A stretch of 29,776 nucleotides of DNA from Kofleriaceae bacterium (GTDB lineage: Bacteria; Myxococcota_A; Polyangia; Haliangiales; Haliangiaceae): assembly GCA_039809625.1 (NCBI GenBank), contig JBDHVH010000001.1:1-29776 (forward strand). The letters run 5' to 3'. Positions within the stretch are counted from its first letter, which is position 1. The number at the start of each line of letters is the position of its first letter. This document shows positions 26,606 through 29,776 of the stretch, piece after piece. Both the position numbers and the translations under genes were made by a program. The notes beneath the pieces are model-generated. The model worked only from the letters and a program-made list of their open reading frames with translations. It was not told the origin of the DNA and did no database searches.

Positions 26606-27182
26606 TCCCTTGCTATGAAAACTTTGCATAGCGACCCAGGGGCCTGACACGAATGTCTTGCTCCGGTCCGCTCAGGTCGGCCTAGTGTCGCAGTGTCACG
26701 GAGCGGGAACTAGCCAATTCAGCGAGTTACCAAGGCAGTTGCCAATTTGGCCCGATGGTTGCTTATGACCGCTGCATCGGTGGCAACACCGGGGGCCGAC
26801 CTACCTACTATTTTGGGCCCGTTAGCTTAGTTGAACTGGATTTGCATCAACGCCTGGGTCGCAGCCCAGGCGTCTGCATTTTCGGGGTCCGATTCCTCAG
26901 AGAACGGCTCGGGGAGCGGTGAGTATTCCGGCGAGATCGGCACCGGCCGATGGGCCGCCTGGCCTCCCACCCCCCAGCGCCGTCTTGCGACGGCCCGGGC
27001 GGCTTGCCCAGGGCCGTCTGCGCAGCAGCCTGTGCGCGGGCCGCACGCGAGCATACCGAACGCCGCGCCATCCCGACGAGGCCAAAGGCAGCGACGAGCG
27101 CGGCGAAGAACAGCCGCCGCGGTCGCGCGGCCGCCGCGAGGAGCCCGGTGCCTGCCCGGCGCCAACTGTCGCGAACGTGGCT

Positions 27183-28043
27183 TCAGGCGCCGCCGCTGCT
27201 GTAGAGCTTGAGCTCTCCGGTCGGCGCGGTCTTGTCGCCGGCGAAGGACTCGGTCGCCGCGGGGAAGGTGCCTTGCCGGACCTCTTGGACGAACGCCGCC
27301 GCGGCCTCGCCTACCGCGCGGCCAAGCGTTGCGAAGCGACGGACGAAGCGGGGCTTGAAGCTCTCGTCCATGCCCAGCATGTCGTAGCTGACCAGCACCT
27401 GGCCATCGCAACCGACTCCAGCGCCAATGCCGATGGTCGGGACCGAGACCGAGCGCGAGATCTCGGCGGCGATGTCCGACGGGATCGCCTCGAGCACGAT
27501 GGCGTAGGCGCCGGCGGCCTCCAGCGCGCGCGCGTCGGCCAAGAGACGATCCTTGCCGTCGCGTCCGCGCCCCTGCACCTTGAAGCCGCCGAGCTGATGA
27601 AATGACTGCGGCGTGAGACCGATGTGCCCCATGACGGGGATGCCCGCCGACACCAGACGGCGCACGAGCTCGGCGTGTACGGCGCCGCCCTCGAGCTTGA
27701 CCGAATGGCAGCCGCCCTCTTTCATGAGCAAGCCCGCGCTGTGCATCCCTTGCTCGACCGACGCCTGGTAGGTCATGAACGGTAGGTCGCCGACCACGTG
27801 CGCCCGCCGGGTGCCGCGGACCACCGCGCGACAGTGATAGGACATCTCCTCGAGCGTCACGGGCAACGTGGTGTCGTGGCCTTGCACCACCATGCCGAGC
27901 GAGTCGCCGACCAGGAGGACATCGATTCCGGCCTCGTCGAACAAGCGCGCAAAGGTCGCGTCGTAGGCCGTCAGCACGGAGATCTTCTCACCGCGCTCTT
28001 TCATCTGCTGGAGGGTGTGGATGGTAACCCGTGGGGTCTTCAT
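27183..28043 (-). CDS. panB: 3-methyl-2-oxobutanoate hydroxymethyltransferase
   Basis: [57 protein letters not shown]; SD GGAAGG upstream. Confidence 0.96.
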   Translation of the reverse strand: MKTPRVTIHTLQQMKERGEKISVLTAYDATFARLFDEAGIDVLLVGDSLGMVVQGHDTTLPVTLEEMSYHCRAVVRGTRRAHVVGDLPFMTYQASVEQGMHSAGLLMKEGGCHSVKLEGGAVHAELVRRLVSAGIPVMGHIGLTPQSFHQLGGFKVQGRGRDGKDRLLADARALEAAGAYAIVLEAIPSDIAAEISRSVSVPTIGIGAGVGCDGQVLVSYDMLGMDESFKPRFVRRFATLGRAVGEAAAAFVQEVRQGTFPAATESFAGDKTAPTGELKLYSSGGA

Positions 28044-28094
28044 TCCGCCCTTCCTTTCCGTCGTAGGACTTGTCTTGTTGGTTCTCTAACCCCC

Positions 28095-28156
28095 CGACGA
28101 CTCGCAGACGGAGTCTCGCGCCAAGCCGGCTACGAGCTCCCACGGCCGTCGGGACT
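28095..28156 (-). promoter_or_regulatory. Two bulged-G hairpins in the panB leader (candidate pan-motif-like cis-regulatory RNA)
   Basis: Minus strand: AG-UCCC-(G)-AC-ggcc-GU-GGGA-(G)-CU at 28156-28135 and CGA-GACUC-cgucugc-GAGUC-(G)-UCG at 28118-28095. Confidence 0.45.
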
Positions 28157-28309
28157 TGCACGTAGTATGCACTACTCAAACGAAGCACACACGCCGATTG
28201 TTCAAAGGACTCCCAGCTCCCCGAGGGTGGGTGCGGCTGTCGGCCGACTGGTGATGCCACCCGCGAGCCGTTGCTTCTGCATGCCCGACCACTTCATCAT
28301 CCCGTCTCC

Positions 28310-29140
28310 ATGCGCGAGCCTACGCGTTTTGCCACGCTCCTTGGCCAGGGCGGTCTCCGCCTGCACGCCGAGGTCTTCCTCCCCGATCGCCCGCGCGGCG
28401 TCGTTCTGGTAACCCACGGATACGCCGAGCACTGCGGTCGATATCGCGAGCTTGCCGACGTGTTGGCCAACGCGGGCTGGGCGGTGTTGACCTACGACGT
28501 CCGTGGTCACGGACAAAGCGGTGGCGAGCGAGGGTACTGCGATCGGTTCTCGCAGTACCTCGAGGACTTTCGCGTCGCCCACCGCGCCGCGCGCGAGCTG
28601 GCCGCCGGTCCGCTGATCGCCCTGGGGCACTCCCACGGCAGCCTCATCACCCTGCGTGTGATGCTCGAACCTTCGCCGCCACAGGCCACCGCGCTGGTGC
28701 TGTCGTCGCCGTTCCTCGGCTTCCACGCTCCGGTCCCCGCCGCCAAGGCGCTCCTTGGCAAGGTAGCAAGCCGCCTCCTGCCCCACCTGACGCTCCCCAG
28801 CGGGCTGCGGGTGCAGGACCTGACCTCGGATCTCGGCAAGCAGGCCGAGCGCACCCGAGACAAGCTGTGCTTCGACATCGCGACCGCGCGCTGGTTCACC
28901 GAGGCGGTGGCGGCGCAGCGCGAGGTCGAAGCTGGAGCCTCACGGCTCTCGCTACCAGCGCTGTGGCTCATCGGCGGCGCAGACCCGATCGCCAGCGCAC
29001 CGCAGTCGAAGAAGGTGGCCACCAGCATGCCGCGCTCCACCGTGCATGTCCTGGACGGCTACCTGCATGAGGTGTTCAACGAGACCAACCGGGCGCAGGT
29101 GTTCGAAGAGCTGGTGCGCTTCCTCGCGGCGCAGAGCTAG
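28310..29140 (+). CDS. Alpha/beta hydrolase, lysophospholipase/monoacylglycerol lipase family
   Basis: HGYAEHCGRY, DVRGHGQSGG, GHSHG nucleophile elbow, GADPI, LHEVFNE. Confidence 0.9.
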   Translation: MREPTRFATLLGQGGLRLHAEVFLPDRPRGVVLVTHGYAEHCGRYRELADVLANAGWAVLTYDVRGHGQSGGERGYCDRFSQYLEDFRVAHRAARELAAGPLIALGHSHGSLITLRVMLEPSPPQATALVLSSPFLGFHAPVPAAKALLGKVASRLLPHLTLPSGLRVQDLTSDLGKQAERTRDKLCFDIATARWFTEAVAAQREVEAGASRLSLPALWLIGGADPIASAPQSKKVATSMPRSTVHVLDGYLHEVFNETNRAQVFEELVRFLAAQS

Positions 29141-29277
29141 CCAGCCGCGCCCACCCGCCCGGCTCGCCGCTGGCGTCGTCACCAGGCTCGCCACTTGCGC
29201 CCCCGCCGGCTCCACTCCGAACGCCGGACCGCAGGTCCCGGGCCGGTGTAGGCGCGTTCATGGAGCCCGAAACGAGA

Positions 29278-29299
29278 CGAGGAGCCCTAAGGCTCCTCG
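29278..29299. terminator. Hairpin between the convergent hydrolase and rpoC genes (likely rpoC terminator, possibly bidirectional)
   Basis: CGAGGAGCC-CTAA-GGCTCCTCG, a perfect 9-bp stem; followed by TCTCGTTTC on minus and CTTTC on plus. Confidence 0.6.
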
Positions 29300-29379
29300 C
29301 TTTCGCCGCCGTCGGTCGCTGCTAGCTACATCGACGACCTCTGACGGCCTCCCCGGCGCCGTGGGGCCGGGGCCCCGGC

Positions 29380-29775
<396 letters not shown>

Positions 29776-29776
29776 G

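Noticed and set aside
26791-26830. GGGGCCGA resembling a tmRNA/tRNA 5' end
   Set aside because: No GGATTCGAC-type D-loop segment, no T-arm (GGTTCGA.TCC) or CCA end, and no tag-peptide frame follow.
27151-27170. GCCAACTGT resembling the cobalamin riboswitch B12 box
   Set aside because: The other conserved elements (GGGAA, AATCC, AGCCAG) are absent, and no plus-strand gene lies downstream.

Overview
A very GC-rich window that looks myxobacterial (phylum Myxococcota, inferred from a MYXO-CTERM-like tail, an AgmX/PglI-type domain, an FHA regulator and an anti-sigma-like C-terminus). It is chromosomal and ends in the 3' end of rpoC. I saw no rRNA, tRNA, CRISPR array, transposase or integrase. About 30 CDSs are supported. 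Left part: a cell-surface L-domain repeat protein, then a redox/Fe-S/sulfur neighbourhood (truncated haemoglobin fused to a CxxC..CxxC domain, CDGSH protein, FHA-wHTH regulator, Grx4-HesB-rhodanese fusion, GNAT, cysK). Middle: a sorted trypsin-like protease, an RpoE-like ECF sigma, OmpA and TonB-C-like lipoproteins, an orphan NuoE-like 2Fe-2S protein, a MacAB-type ABC system, a beta-barrel protein, a UbiB-family kinase, a 56-aa small protein and a tandem-domain lipoprotein. Right part: a TRAP DctQM pair with no DctP and a long Cys-bearing tail, a UbiA-family phosphoribosyltransferase, threonine aldolase, DsbA, haloalkane dehalogenase, panB with a structured leader, and an alpha/beta hydrolase. 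Best leads: the globin-Zn-finger/CDGSH operon, the DctP-less TRAP with its tail, the orphan NuoE-like gene, a pan-motif-like panB leader, a higher-order 16/32-bp tandem repeat, and a repeated leaderless-promoter signature. All family calls come from reading motifs by eye; no database search was run.
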